IMG/VR virus record: IMGVR_UViG_3300037478_000520
Location: 32,001 to 96,000 of that record
DNA from: a virus
Length of the DNA: 64,000 nucleotides
Direction: 5' to 3' (one strand)
Shown here: piece after piece, positions 35,596 to 45,749 of the stretch
Numbering within the stretch: the first letter of the stretch is position 1
Layout: the number at the start of each line of letters is the position of its first letter
Notes under the pieces: generated by a model
Told to the model about the DNA's origin: nothing
Seen by the model: the letters and a program-made list of their open reading frames with translations, nothing else
Database searches by the model: none
Made by a program: the position numbers and the translations under genes

Positions 35596-36156
35596 CTATT
35601 CCCCACCCGAGGGCGGCCACGCTGGCAGGAGTATGCACTTGTGCTCTGGAACGACGTTGATCGTGCTCGTCTTCTGCGTCTTTTTCGGCACGGGCTGCGT
35701 CCAATCGAACTGTTGAATCACCAACTCGCTGTTCTGGTACGCGTGCGCAGCCTTGTTTTCTTCTTGCGTCACATAGACCGCGCTTCCGATTTCTACGTCG
35801 CGACCCAGGTCTCTCGACACTTGAAACACGGCTGCGACTAGGTTGCGACGTATCGTCTCTGTCCACTCGAACGCATCGATGGGCGCACCATCACACTGAC
35901 CGCTGATGTGGCATTCGATACGAAGGTCTTCGTTCGGGAGGAAGTCGATCGAGATTCCCTCTTGCTTACTCGAAGAAGGAACCTCGTTGGTGGGGGATAG
36001 GCTTCGCGGTATCCACAACACGTAGTTGCTGACGTGCTGCTCAGCCTGCCCAAGGCGCATCGTGTAGGCGGCTACCTCGGGCATATCGAGAAGTTTCATC
36101 ACCGCTACGACCAGAGTCCGAAACTCCTCTACGTAGGCATCAGCAAGAAAGGCCAT
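35596..36156 (-). CDS. Putative tail terminator/neck protein
   Basis: Synteny between the morphogenesis gene and the sheath. Confidence 0.6.
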   Translation of the reverse strand: MAFLADAYVEEFRTLVVAVMKLLDMPEVAAYTMRLGQAEQHVSNYVLWIPRSLSPTNEVPSSSKQEGISIDFLPNEDLRIECHISGQCDGAPIDAFEWTETIRRNLVAAVFQVSRDLGRDVEIGSAVYVTQEENKAAHAYQNSELVIQQFDWTQPVPKKTQKTSTINVVPEHKCILLPAWPPSGGE

Positions 36157-36603
36157 TCAGGAACCGATCTTCTTACCGAGCACGTCTGCGATCGCCTTGC
36201 CGAGATCCCTCGCCCATTCCTGTGGCAAGCCGCGGCTCTCATCAGGAACCTGCATTCTGACCAAGGACTCGCCGTCCTTGCGTCGCCGTCGCTTGATGGG
36301 TTCCTGGTGAAAGATGGCCTTTCGTTCTGCGGTGAGTTCGACGCCGTCCTTGTCGACGCGTGTGGCCTTCCATCCCTCGCGCAAGTCACGGCTTGGCCCT
36401 GTCAGTGTCTTGCGACCGTCCTTGGCGAGCTTCTTGGTCCAGGGTTGTCCGTAGGGATCCCGCTGCGTTGCGTAGCCACGCTTGATCTTCCGAATGAGTT
36501 CGTCGCGAGCAGCACGAGCAGACGCATTCAAGATGGCGTCTGGGTTGTTCAGGTCACGAACCAGCGCGCTGAGTTTTTTGAAGTCACCTCGAACGCGAAG
36601 CAT
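36157..36603 (-). CDS. Virion morphogenesis protein (Mu gpG-like)
   Basis: QRDPYGQPW, TL....DL, AIFHQ, R..VP...GLP..W. Confidence 0.8.
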   Translation of the reverse strand: MLRVRGDFKKLSALVRDLNNPDAILNASARAARDELIRKIKRGYATQRDPYGQPWTKKLAKDGRKTLTGPSRDLREGWKATRVDKDGVELTAERKAIFHQEPIKRRRRKDGESLVRMQVPDESRGLPQEWARDLGKAIADVLGKKIGS

Positions 36604-37325
36604 TAGCGCACCCAGCCCCTCTTTGGACGGCTCACGACATAGGCGCCGGTCTCTTCGATCGGGTCGCTATCGACGATCCCGGACGGCTTGGCGCGGGCGT
36701 AGGAGACTTCCTTCAGCCAGCGAATCGCGTCCTTCTTGTCGTTGATCCAGTTCACGTCCGGGCTGTCCGGGTCGAGTCCCTTTTCTCGAATCAACTCGTA
36801 GTCAGCGATGGACGCCGTGGCCGACGCGATATCGTCGCCCCACTCTAGAAGCGGAAGCGTGAACGCCGTGCCAAGATAACTTTCGACCACGCTGGATGCT
36901 CGGATCAGTGCCTTTGCGACGTTCTGCCCTTCGATCTGGTCAAGCAGACGTCCGGCAATCCGGCTGTCCTGGCGACGTGCGTACACGGTGTGAGCTTCGC
37001 CTGACAGTGAGAAGGTGAACGATGGTGTATCCGTTCCGCCGATCGTCCAGACCAGCCTTACGTACCGAGCCAGGTCGTAGAGGTAGAAGGGCGGTAGCGG
37101 CGCAGGCGCCAGCACCGATGGAAACTGCGCCGCAAACCGCCAACTGGTGCCGTCCGGCGACGTCTGAACCTGAAGGCCGAGCGAAGGGCTGGTCCCGCTC
37201 GCTGCCACCACGTCTCCCTGGACTTTCAGGGCTGTCCGAAGCTCGCCGATGTCGACCGATGATCCGGTCCCACCGGCTGTCTGTGTATCGACACTGTGGA
37301 GGACAACGGCGAGCTTGTTTGCCAT
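36603..37325 (-). CDS. Head-tail adaptor (DUF1320/Mu gp36-like C-terminus) with an extra N-terminal beta domain
   Basis: AL.RASSVVESYLG..F.LPL..W, IADYEL, DAIRWL..V. Confidence 0.8.
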   Translation of the reverse strand: MANKLAVVLHSVDTQTAGGTGSSVDIGELRTALKVQGDVVAASGTSPSLGLQVQTSPDGTSWRFAAQFPSVLAPAPLPPFYLYDLARYVRLVWTIGGTDTPSFTFSLSGEAHTVYARRQDSRIAGRLLDQIEGQNVAKALIRASSVVESYLGTAFTLPLLEWGDDIASATASIADYELIREKGLDPDSPDVNWINDKKDAIRWLKEVSYARAKPSGIVDSDPIEETGAYVVSRPKRGWVR

Positions 37326-37328
37326 GCT

Positions 37329-37985
37329 TCAGTTGATCTGACGGGCGATGACGTGGACGAATCCGGTGCCTGCGGTGAAGGCGCTCGTGATTCTGTCAAA
37401 CCTGATTGTGTCCGTCGCCTCGAGAACCGCCAGGTTTGGCGCCGAAGAGAAGGACACGCCGACCGTCCCTTGCGTCTCACCGGTCGTAGCCACAAGCGTC
37501 GCCAGCACGTCTCCTGTTGCTCCGCCCAACAGGTCGCCCTTGGTGCTATGTGGGGCATCCGCGCTGGACACGCCGATCGCGCTCGACGAACCACCCGTCC
37601 AATCCGCGGTGATCTCCCAAAAGAGCTTTTCGAGTTCCAACCGAACGCCTGCCGGCACCGTGAACAGCGTCGCTGCGTCCGCAGTCCCGAACGCGACCGC
37701 CAGTTTCATGTGCACGGACGGGTCCGTGCGTAGCCAGCGCCCGAGCCCGACGTCTGGCGTCAGCACGAAGTTATCGGTGGTGTCGGCGGCCGTGCTGGAG
37801 GCCGAAAACACCCATGACGACTTGTTCGCGCTGACGTAAGCGCGCTGCCCATCGACTCGGAGGCCGGCATTCAGCGACTTCAGCGCGGCAAGCGTACTCG
37901 CCGAAAAGGCGTGCTCCACAAGCGATACACCGGCTGCGATAGTGCGCGACCCCGGCACGAACTGCTGGTTTTTGTCAAATCCCAT
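37329..37985 (-). CDS. Head decoration-like structural protein
   Basis: Ala/Thr-rich beta protein in the head module. Confidence 0.6.
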   Translation of the reverse strand: MGFDKNQQFVPGSRTIAAGVSLVEHAFSASTLAALKSLNAGLRVDGQRAYVSANKSSWVFSASSTAADTTDNFVLTPDVGLGRWLRTDPSVHMKLAVAFGTADAATLFTVPAGVRLELEKLFWEITADWTGGSSSAIGVSSADAPHSTKGDLLGGATGDVLATLVATTGETQGTVGVSFSSAPNLAVLEATDTIRFDRITSAFTAGTGFVHVIARQIN

Positions 37986-37998
37986 TGATCGATATCCT

Positions 37999-38283
37999 TC
38001 AAATGGTCGGCACTGCCGAGAGGATGGTGATTGCCATGCTCGCCGTGAACCCGGCGATTTCACAAAGCTCGTCCGCGTCGGCGCCGTCGATGTCCTCGAG
38101 GGTTGAATAGCCTGCGTTCACGAGCATTTCTTGATAGGGAAAATCGGACGAGAGGGCGGTGCCTGGCTCAGATTCCTGTTTCGATCGCCAGACACTCGCC
38201 TGTCCCTCGTCCTCTTCGACGCGCGAGTAGTAGAGCCGTTTGCGCAAGTAGTACCGGCGCGCACGGCGAAACTCTGCAGCCAC
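37999..38283 (-). CDS. Small protein with a helix-hairpin-helix motif
   Basis: LVNAGYSTLEDI..ADADEL.EI.G. Confidence 0.65.
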   Translation of the reverse strand: MAAEFRRARRYYLRKRLYYSRVEEDEGQASVWRSKQESEPGTALSSDFPYQEMLVNAGYSTLEDIDGADADELCEIAGFTASMAITILSAVPTI

Positions 38284-38284
38284 G

Positions 38285-38839
38285 TCAATCCTTGCCGGAT
38301 TCGGCTTCGGCCTTTTCGATCTCTACGTAGAGGCGATCTGCGCCCCAACGCTTGTCGACCTTGACGCCCGCCTTCTCCGCCATCTCCCGGAGTTCGTCCA
38401 ACTCGGACTTGTCCTCTGTGGACTCCTCCTCTGGAGGAACTTCGGGCACCAGCTCCGCCTTTGGCTCCGTTTCCAGCTTCGGCGGCGGTGAAGGCGGCTG
38501 CACGGTCGACTTCTCCGCCATCTCCCGGAGTTCGTCCAACTCGGACTTGTCCTCTGTGGACTCCTCCTCTGGAGGAACTTCGGGCACCAGCTCCGCCTTT
38601 GGCTCCGTTTCCAGCTTCGGCGGCGGTGAAGGCGGCTGCACGGTCGACTTCTCGATGGACGGCTTGGGCGGTTCAAGCGGCAAGCCTCCAGGTAGTTGCT
38701 TGCGCAACTCGAGAAGCCGCAACTCGTACCCGTGCGCCTGCTCCTGCATGAGGCGCCGGTGCTCGGACATGGGGATCGACGATGGCGTGGGAGGCGCATT
38801 TCCTACCCCCACGCCATGTCGGAATGAAACGCGACCCAT
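38285..38839 (-). CDS. Pro/Glu-rich protein with HeH/LEM-like tail
   Basis: ELREMAEKAGVKVDKRWGADRL; internal 46-aa duplication. Confidence 0.75.
   Translation of the reverse strand: MGRVSFRHGVGVGNAPPTPSSIPMSEHRRLMQEQAHGYELRLLELRKQLPGGLPLEPPKPSIEKSTVQPPSPPPKLETEPKAELVPEVPPEEESTEDKSELDELREMAEKSTVQPPSPPPKLETEPKAELVPEVPPEEESTEDKSELDELREMAEKAGVKVDKRWGADRLYVEIEKAEAESGKD
38372..38653. repeat. Exact 138-bp tandem duplication
   Basis: 38372-38509 equals 38510-38647. Confidence 0.9.
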
Positions 38840-40074
38840 CAGTTATCCAACGTGCCGTCGTAGTTGGCGACGTCGTGACGGATGGAGATGACGCCGCTCT
38901 GGTGAGAACCGCGACGCCGACGGTAGCGGTGAGCCACCGCGTAGAGGTGCATGGCCGCCAAGTCGCTGTCCTTGAGGATGTCTTTGTCGGTCTGCATGGT
39001 GAGGGCCGCCCTGTTGTACCAGAAGCAGCAGCTTGCCGGCTTGAGCAGCAGGGTGCGCGGCGTGAGGTCGGCCTCGGCACGGTAGACGTTGTCCACGTTG
39101 TAGGTGCCGTTGGTGAAGGTGGCGGTGACGCCCGTCGCCCCGTTGAATCCCACCAGCGAGTCGGCGGAGGGGTTCGTCGCGGTCCGGCTCTCGTTCAGCG
39201 CGTAGGCACCGCCGCCCGCCGTCACCGTGTGCTCGTCCGACCAGGTCGAGCCGTCGTCGGTGCTGAACTTGAACTTCGCAGTTCCGTCCGACGATCCACC
39301 CACCGTGATCTGAATCTTCAGATCCCACGGCCCGAGCGGTGTTCCCGTGAGGGTCACGTCGGGAGGAGTCGTTCCGTCCTCCGTGACCGCGCCCATGGTG
39401 CTGCCAGCGACCGAAACGCGGTCAGAGACCACGATCGGGATACCGGCCATGCGTGGGAAGTCGCCATCCCGCATCGAGTCGAGCAGCAGCGGGCGACCAT
39501 TGGTGTCCTTGAGTTGCAAGGCGTCGCGGTAGCTCTGCGAGTGCATGACAAGCACCGCAGCGCCGACCATTTCGTCCCCAAAGCTTGCCTTCGCGGAGAT
39601 GATCATGTCCCAGGTGATGTTGCTTCCGACGTAGTTCAGTTCACGAACTCCGGAGGCTACGACCGCATCGAGGATGCGCTTGTCCATCGCACGCGTGGCA
39701 GCGACCCGGATCTGACGCGCTGCCTCCTGGTACGGGTCCGCCACCGCCGCGAACTGCGAAAAGACAGACGCCTCGGTCGCCAACGAATCGCGAGTGATCG
39801 TCGCTTCCTCGGTGACCATCGCGATGTTTCGCGGAGTCGCCGCGGTCGACTCGGAGAGGTTCTCTTGGAAGTCGCCGATGGTTCCGAAGTAGGGCACCTT
39901 GATCGTCTGACCGACGACGTTGTTGCCCTTCTCGCTCATGCTCGGATCAACAACGACAGCGCCAGTCGCCACGAATGCCGAGCCAACGAAAACGTTCTTG
40001 TTTGCGAACTCGCCTTGCACGGCGTCTTCGATCATCGCCGGGTTGTAGGTGTTCGCAGTAGTCGTGAGAGCCAT
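38839..40074 (-). CDS. Major capsid protein with an inserted beta-sandwich domain
   Basis: GQTIKVPYFGTIGD, ADPYQEAARQI, LVMHSQ.Y.D, GIPIVVSD; follows the head protease. Confidence 0.88.
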   Translation of the reverse strand: MALTTTANTYNPAMIEDAVQGEFANKNVFVGSAFVATGAVVVDPSMSEKGNNVVGQTIKVPYFGTIGDFQENLSESTAATPRNIAMVTEEATITRDSLATEASVFSQFAAVADPYQEAARQIRVAATRAMDKRILDAVVASGVRELNYVGSNITWDMIISAKASFGDEMVGAAVLVMHSQSYRDALQLKDTNGRPLLLDSMRDGDFPRMAGIPIVVSDRVSVAGSTMGAVTEDGTTPPDVTLTGTPLGPWDLKIQITVGGSSDGTAKFKFSTDDGSTWSDEHTVTAGGGAYALNESRTATNPSADSLVGFNGATGVTATFTNGTYNVDNVYRAEADLTPRTLLLKPASCCFWYNRAALTMQTDKDILKDSDLAAMHLYAVAHRYRRRRGSHQSGVISIRHDVANYDGTLDN

Positions 40075-40126
40075 TGTTAGATTTACCTTTCAGGCTTTGG
40101 ATTGCAGGCTGTGAATTGCTGGGCGT

Positions 40127-41425
40127 TCAGCCCGCGGAAGGAGTCGGGCACCCAGATGCGCGCCAATCGGTACGCATCTGCGCCCAGAGTTCGGGGTTGG
40201 CTTTGCAGAGTGCTTCTCGCTCCACCCCCGTCATGGCGGCGTAGGTCTTGCCCTGGTAGGTGACATCGCCGCTGGCGTTGCCTTCGCCCTTCGGCGGTTT
40301 GACCTCGCCCTGCGGTACCTTCACGCTGGCGATGTCGAGGTACGCTTTGAGCGAAGCGACAGGCTGAGCGCCCCAGAACTCGGCTTCCTTGACGGTGAGC
40401 TTCCCGTCAGCCTTGCCCTTGGCGATGAGGTCCTCACGCTCTTTTGCGGAAGCGGCCTCGGCGTCCTGCTTGATCTTCGCCTCAAGCTCGACTACGCGTT
40501 CGGTGCTCTTGACGTGTGCGCGAATCGCTCCGATCGCCTCGTCACCCTTTTTGCCGACGGCTTCCTCGATCGCGCCGACCTGTGCACGAGCTTCTGCGGC
40601 TTCTGCACGCGCCGCGGCGAGGTCGGCTTCGAGTTGCTTTTGCTTGGACGCCGAAGCGGCCTTGTTTTCGTGGATGGATGCGAGGACTTCACCTTCGGTC
40701 GCGTTCTCGGAGAGCCCAAATGCCTTTGCGATTGCTTTCATTTCTGATGTCTCCTCCGGCTCAACGACCGGCAGATTGAGTTGTGGGTCCGCGACAGCGA
40801 CCGCTGCGGATGCGCGGGCCTGCGGAGCGTTTTTGAATTGGTAGCGACCGAGGTCGAACAACCCTTGCGCTTTGGCAGCAGCCGCTGATTTGCCTGCTAC
40901 CAAACTGTCAGCGAGTCCTACTTCGACTGCTTCAGAAGCTGAGAACCAGGTTTCAGCCGCCATCTTATCGAGTGCCCACTCTCGCGTTTGCGAGGTGCGC
41001 GCGGCGTAGATGTCCGCCATCGATCCGCCCATGGACGCGAGGATGTCTGCTGTTGAACGGTGGTCCTGTTCGTTGCCGCGTGTGTGCGACCACGGGTCAT
41101 GGATCATGAACATCGCGCCTTCGAAGACTTCGATGTTGTCGCCAGCCATGGCGATGATCGAAGCTGCAGACGCTGCGAGCCCTTCGACCTTTACGTTGAC
41201 GGTCGCGCTGTGTGTGCGCATCAGGTTGTAGATGGCGACAGCCTCAAGAACCATCCCGCCTGGGCTGTTGATGTGGACCGTTAGTTCGTCGAACTCACCT
41301 AGTCCTTTGATCGCTTGGCGAACCGAGTTGGCGGAAATGCCCCACCAGTCGTCGATCTCGTCGTAGATCCATAGTTCGGCGACGCCGCCGTTGATGGCAG
41401 CGCGTAGTTCAGGCTTGGATTTCAT
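40127..41425 (-). CDS. ClpP-like head maturation protease with scaffold tail
   Basis: HINSPGG, GLAASAASIIAMAGD, FMIHDPW, ETWFSASEAVEVGLAD. Confidence 0.95.
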   Translation of the reverse strand: MKSKPELRAAINGGVAELWIYDEIDDWWGISANSVRQAIKGLGEFDELTVHINSPGGMVLEAVAIYNLMRTHSATVNVKVEGLAASAASIIAMAGDNIEVFEGAMFMIHDPWSHTRGNEQDHRSTADILASMGGSMADIYAARTSQTREWALDKMAAETWFSASEAVEVGLADSLVAGKSAAAAKAQGLFDLGRYQFKNAPQARASAAVAVADPQLNLPVVEPEETSEMKAIAKAFGLSENATEGEVLASIHENKAASASKQKQLEADLAAARAEAAEARAQVGAIEEAVGKKGDEAIGAIRAHVKSTERVVELEAKIKQDAEAASAKEREDLIAKGKADGKLTVKEAEFWGAQPVASLKAYLDIASVKVPQGEVKPPKGEGNASGDVTYQGKTYAAMTGVEREALCKANPELWAQMRTDWRASGCPTPSAG

Positions 41426-41625
41426 TGGACGGATCTCTCCGATGGCCGTTTGCGAACGACGCAAACGTTCCTAGAAGGCGCCTTAAGTTCGGTACTGAAC
41501 GGACTTGGGCGACTATGAAATGGGAGCCACGCTACTTGGCGGGCGGATGCTTACTATCGCGGAATTCTTTGCATGCGCGGCAGTGGCAGTTTGACATCGG
41601 TTCCAGGTGAACGAAGCGACCGTCT

Positions 41626-42915
41626 TCAGGAATCATCGGGACGGACATCGGTATCGTCCTCGTCCTCAGCGTCACTATTGGGGTCTGACTGGATCGAAAT
41701 CGCTTCTGGATCCCTTTGGATCTCAACGTGGAACTCCTCTTTTACCCAAGCAGGGTCAACCTTATGTCCGCCCTGCCATAGTTTTTTTACTGCACCGGCA
41801 ACCTTGTCGAATCGCTGCGCCTTCTTGGTCAGGTCTTCGTTCTCGGCTTTGAATTCGATGTAGGGAGCTGCGCGACGGTTACCGAAGTTGAACTCTGCCC
41901 ACCAAACCAGAATTTGGCGGCGAATCACGTCTTGCGTGCGCTTCAGCAGGTTGATGATCACGCGGTCTTCGACTCGCTCGTGGACCTCTGCCGCGGCACG
42001 TGAACCGCCGGAATCGATCTCTGTGGTCAGGTTCTGACCCTTGATGCTGATCTCAAACGCCATGTTGGCGAGTTTGATTTGCGCGCTGTAGATCGACCAG
42101 GTGCTCGCCGCAGCCTGCAGGATCTTCAGGTCGTAGCCGGGCGGCAGGACAACCGTGCCGTCCGCGCCAGCCGAATCGATCTGTTCAGCGAGCGCCCTGC
42201 GCTGACCCTTGTCTGCTCCCCCAGCCTCTGCGACCTCGAACGCCGCGCCTTTGTCCAGGTCTGCGGTCGCGACGCGCGTAGACGCGCCCTCGCCGGCCCT
42301 TGCGAAGTCCATCCGAGCGAAGTCTTTGACCAGCCACCATTCTGCGATGCCCCGCCATTTTCCCTCAGCCCAAGGACGTCCTTTCCCGTACGGGGTGTAG
42401 ACGACCCACTTGCCATCGCCAGGCTCGATCTCAATTTCGCTTTCGGAGGTCCGCAGGAACCATTTTTGTAGGTTGTGGTCCCAGCGAGCCCAGCGCGGAT
42501 GATAGAAAACCACGCGCGGCACTTGTCGGCCTTCGTGTTCCATCCAAACGAGTTGTGCAAACCCGACTCCGAGAATCAGTCCCCATGCGATGAGCTTGTG
42601 GAGTTCCTCCTCTTCGAACGCCTCATCCCAGTCTTCGGGGAGTGCTCGTGCGGCGGATGCAGCTCCGGTTCCTTTGCCCTGGTTGAAGTTCAGTTCGAGC
42701 TTGAGGAAACCACCGATGACGGTCTCTAGCGCCTGCTTGATACGGTCGTCCGCCATGATGATCTCGCACAGGTCGGCGAGGTGCATCATGGTTCCGCCAT
42801 CGGCGATGTGGATCATCGACCGAATGCGCGCGGGTGTCCAACTGGTGGACAGGCGCACCGTGGGCTGTAAGACCTCCTTGGCGCTCAGCCGTCGGTCCGT
42901 GGGATGCTCTGGCAA
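41626..42915 (-). CDS. Portal protein (DUF935/Mu gp29-like)
   Basis: G.GFAQLVW, VVLPPGYDL, I.GQNLTTE...GSRAAAEVHE.V, W.EFNFG. Confidence 0.9.
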   Translation of the reverse strand: MPEHPTDRRLSAKEVLQPTVRLSTSWTPARIRSMIHIADGGTMMHLADLCEIIMADDRIKQALETVIGGFLKLELNFNQGKGTGAASAARALPEDWDEAFEEEELHKLIAWGLILGVGFAQLVWMEHEGRQVPRVVFYHPRWARWDHNLQKWFLRTSESEIEIEPGDGKWVVYTPYGKGRPWAEGKWRGIAEWWLVKDFARMDFARAGEGASTRVATADLDKGAAFEVAEAGGADKGQRRALAEQIDSAGADGTVVLPPGYDLKILQAAASTWSIYSAQIKLANMAFEISIKGQNLTTEIDSGGSRAAAEVHERVEDRVIINLLKRTQDVIRRQILVWWAEFNFGNRRAAPYIEFKAENEDLTKKAQRFDKVAGAVKKLWQGGHKVDPAWVKEEFHVEIQRDPEAISIQSDPNSDAEDEDDTDVRPDDS

Positions 42916-43168
42916 GGGCGGTTAGTGATGCGCCTTGGTGATGAGCGCTAGTCTGTCTAAAGCGTCGTTTGCCATGGGAGTTGTGCCTCGTTCATTGCTC
43001 GGTACCGACAATCACAACGTACCTGACCGCTTTGGCACGTGCACATGGCGTGAGGTCTGTTGGGGTCGATGGATCGCAACTGGCACATCGCGCCGGTGTT
43101 CTGGCCCATGTGGGCGATATGAACCGGCAGTGACTTGCTTCGGAGGAAGCACGCCGGGCATACCCACA

Positions 43169-44746
43169 CTACCGTCGCCTCGTTCTAACGCCGTTCCCGC
43201 CGAACACCACAACGTTGCTCGTGCCCGTCCGCTGCGCTGTGCGTCCTGCGCCCGGAGCCAGCGAGCCCGCCAGAGTACGTTTGGTTAGACCATCGAACCC
43301 GCTTACGTAGGCGTCGACCTGGTCGTCAATCGGGTCTCGCAGCCCCGTGAACGCTTGCAACTCGTCAACGAAGGCGTCTGCCCATTCCATGTTGCGGGGA
43401 CGTCCGTTCTTGTCAAGCCACACACAATCGTCCGACGTGTCCGGGACGTAGATCGTGTAAGCGGGTTTCGACTCCGCACCGTCAATCGAAACCACGCCGT
43501 TCCAGGCATCGGCCGCGTCGTGGGAACGAGTCAGCTTGTCCCGCCCGCGGGTGTTGACCATCACCAGCGGCACGCCCTTCGTGTTCATGAAGTTCACTGA
43601 CCCCTTTTCAGGGCCCGAACCGTACATCCACATGTTGCCTCGACGTGCTCTGAATCGTTCGCGCAGGATGATCGAGAACGTTGGCGCGTCAATCTGCTTG
43701 CGGTCCACGTTGACCACAAACACCTCACGCTTCGCCGTGACCCACATTTCCACGCAGACCGACCAGTCACTCGAGGTCCTCTCGGAGTAAGCAAGGTCGA
43801 CCCCGTAACCAACGATGTACCCGTACTTGGGGAGTGCCTCCGGCCGGTAGTACCGCGGCGAGCCAAACACCGCCCCGCCCCGTGGTCGCGGCATGCCCTG
43901 ATACAGCGAGGCAAAGTTCCACGGGTTGTGGTGCTGGCGCTTCTCTAAGCGCTCAAGCGAGTGCTTCGCTGGCCACAGCGGCTTTCCAGGCTCCCGGTTG
44001 TCGTTCGCCGGCTGGTTGTCGCCGTCCGAAATCGCTTTGAGGTTGACGTAGTCGAAGTCGCGTTCGCGCTGCAACCAGCCGGACGGATCGTCGACATGCC
44101 AGCGGGTCATCACCAGGATGACACTCGAGCCCTCGTGTAAGCGCGAGTCGCAGTCGCCGTCGTACCAGCCGCGGAACTTCTCACGCATGGTCTCGGACTC
44201 GGCGTCCTCACGCCCCTTCACGGGGTCGTCGATGACCGCCACACCAGTCAGGTCGTAGCCCGTCAACATGCCACCCACCGACGTCCAGCGGATGCCACCG
44301 CCCTCCGCCGTCTCCCACTTGTCCAGGTTGTCGAGAGTGAGTTCTAACCCGGCCTCCGCGGCGATTCGACGCGCCATCCGGGCGACTTCCTCAGCCCGCG
44401 TCTGCGAGTACGTGATGTACGCGAACTTCAGGTCCGGGTACTTCAACAGCCACATCACTATGGCATGCAGAATGGCGATGGTTTTCCCGTGCTGGGGCGG
44501 TGTCGCTACACAGCTTCGCAGACTTCCTTCAGGCGCTTTCTCTAGGATGTCAATGACGTCTTTGAGGTGAGTTGGGGCCTCCATCCTCGGGCTTACCCTC
44601 GGGATGAAGTCCATCAAGCTCTCCGTCCATGTCGGACGCTTCGGTTTCGATGACTTCGTCGCCTTCGCTTTCGCCCGGGCCAATTGCTCGTGCATCCAGT
44701 CCTTGGATACCGAGTACTGCGGACGCGACTTCAAGGAATCGGACAT
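43169..44746 (-). CDS. terL: Terminase large subunit
   Basis: PPQHGKT Walker A, VIDDPVK, VMTRWHVDD, LYQG.P, GVDLA, DDQVDA. Confidence 0.96.
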   Translation of the reverse strand: MSDSLKSRPQYSVSKDWMHEQLARAKAKATKSSKPKRPTWTESLMDFIPRVSPRMEAPTHLKDVIDILEKAPEGSLRSCVATPPQHGKTIAILHAIVMWLLKYPDLKFAYITYSQTRAEEVARMARRIAAEAGLELTLDNLDKWETAEGGGIRWTSVGGMLTGYDLTGVAVIDDPVKGREDAESETMREKFRGWYDGDCDSRLHEGSSVILVMTRWHVDDPSGWLQRERDFDYVNLKAISDGDNQPANDNREPGKPLWPAKHSLERLEKRQHHNPWNFASLYQGMPRPRGGAVFGSPRYYRPEALPKYGYIVGYGVDLAYSERTSSDWSVCVEMWVTAKREVFVVNVDRKQIDAPTFSIILRERFRARRGNMWMYGSGPEKGSVNFMNTKGVPLVMVNTRGRDKLTRSHDAADAWNGVVSIDGAESKPAYTIYVPDTSDDCVWLDKNGRPRNMEWADAFVDELQAFTGLRDPIDDQVDAYVSGFDGLTKRTLAGSLAPGAGRTAQRTGTSNVVVFGGNGVRTRRR

Positions 44747-45194
44747 ATTCGTCGGCTCTCAGGTGATCGGCCATCGCGGTGATCAACTGCTGCAGTGCCG
44801 CATCCCCCTTCACCTCAAGCGTCGTGTGGTTGCCATATTGCGATGGACGACGCTTCTCCAACAACCACGTCGCCGCCTTGAACTTCGTCTGGTAGTCCAG
44901 TGCCACCAAAAACTTGTGCTTACAGTCAGGGCACTGGATCTCTTTCGTGCCAGCATGACGAGCCATCTCGTCCAACTGGTCCAGCATCCCGCCTTCCCAC
45001 TTGGCAATCGCCTTCCGAGCCTTCACCGCGAAATCGCGGTACTTCTTCTTCGTGAGTTCCAGTTCCCCCCACTGGATCCAACGGTAGAACGTCTGCTCAC
45101 TGATCCCAGCCGCCGCACACGCCGTAGTCACAGGTCGACCCGCCTCGAGCTGCTCAAGGATCAACTCCTGCCTCGGGGGCGTCAATTTCAGCAT
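44550..45194 (-). CDS. terS: Terminase small subunit
   Basis: KLTP..QE.I...L.AG....ACAAAGIS.QTFYRW, AATWLLEKR.P..YG; 3' end overlaps terL. Confidence 0.85.
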   Translation of the reverse strand: MLKLTPPRQELILEQLEAGRPVTTACAAAGISEQTFYRWIQWGELELTKKKYRDFAVKARKAIAKWEGGMLDQLDEMARHAGTKEIQCPDCKHKFLVALDYQTKFKAATWLLEKRRPSQYGNHTTLEVKGDAALQQLITAMADHLRADEYVRFLEVASAVLGIQGLDARAIGPGESEGDEVIETEASDMDGELDGLHPEGKPEDGGPNSPQRRH

Positions 45195-45479
45195 TCTGGC
45201 CAAGATTTCAGCGTTCCTACACGAAAAATAGCCGTTTTCAGGCCGTTTCCTCGATTAAAGTTGGGCGTTTTCGGAGCCCTGGTACGCCCAAACCAAGTGC
45301 ACGCGCGCCACGGGAGAAATGCAGCGCCGCTCCAACCCCATCAACCAGGACCAAAAGGACCCAGGATAGAACAGCGGGTTTCCTAGGCACTGGCACCCGC
45401 TAGCCAGCTGCGTACCAACGTCGAGTGAAATTTGAGTGCACTCAAGTCAGTTGCCTAGCTTCTCGTTGAGGACCCAACA

Positions 45480-45749
45480 TCAGCCCTCCTTGTTAGCCTT
45501 ACTCACGCCGTCAAACTCCCGGGTCAAATCCCGCGGCGACCAGCGATACCTCAATAACTGACCAGGCTCCCGGTCGAACAGCACAAGCCCCGAATCACAC
45601 ATCCGCCAAAGCATCCGCCGGCAGTCAGACTCAGGAACCTTCAGCCAATCCGACAACTCCTCAACCGTCCACGAACCACCGTCGTCTTTCAACAACTTCG
45701 AAATCAGTCCTAACAACTTGTTCGGGTTCGTCGAAATCCTAGCCGTCAT
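45480..45749 (-). CDS. Winged-helix DNA-binding protein
   Basis: WTVEELSDWL.V.ES..RR.L..M.DSGLV. Confidence 0.7.
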   Translation of the reverse strand: MTARISTNPNKLLGLISKLLKDDGGSWTVEELSDWLKVPESDCRRMLWRMCDSGLVLFDREPGQLLRYRWSPRDLTREFDGVSKANKEG

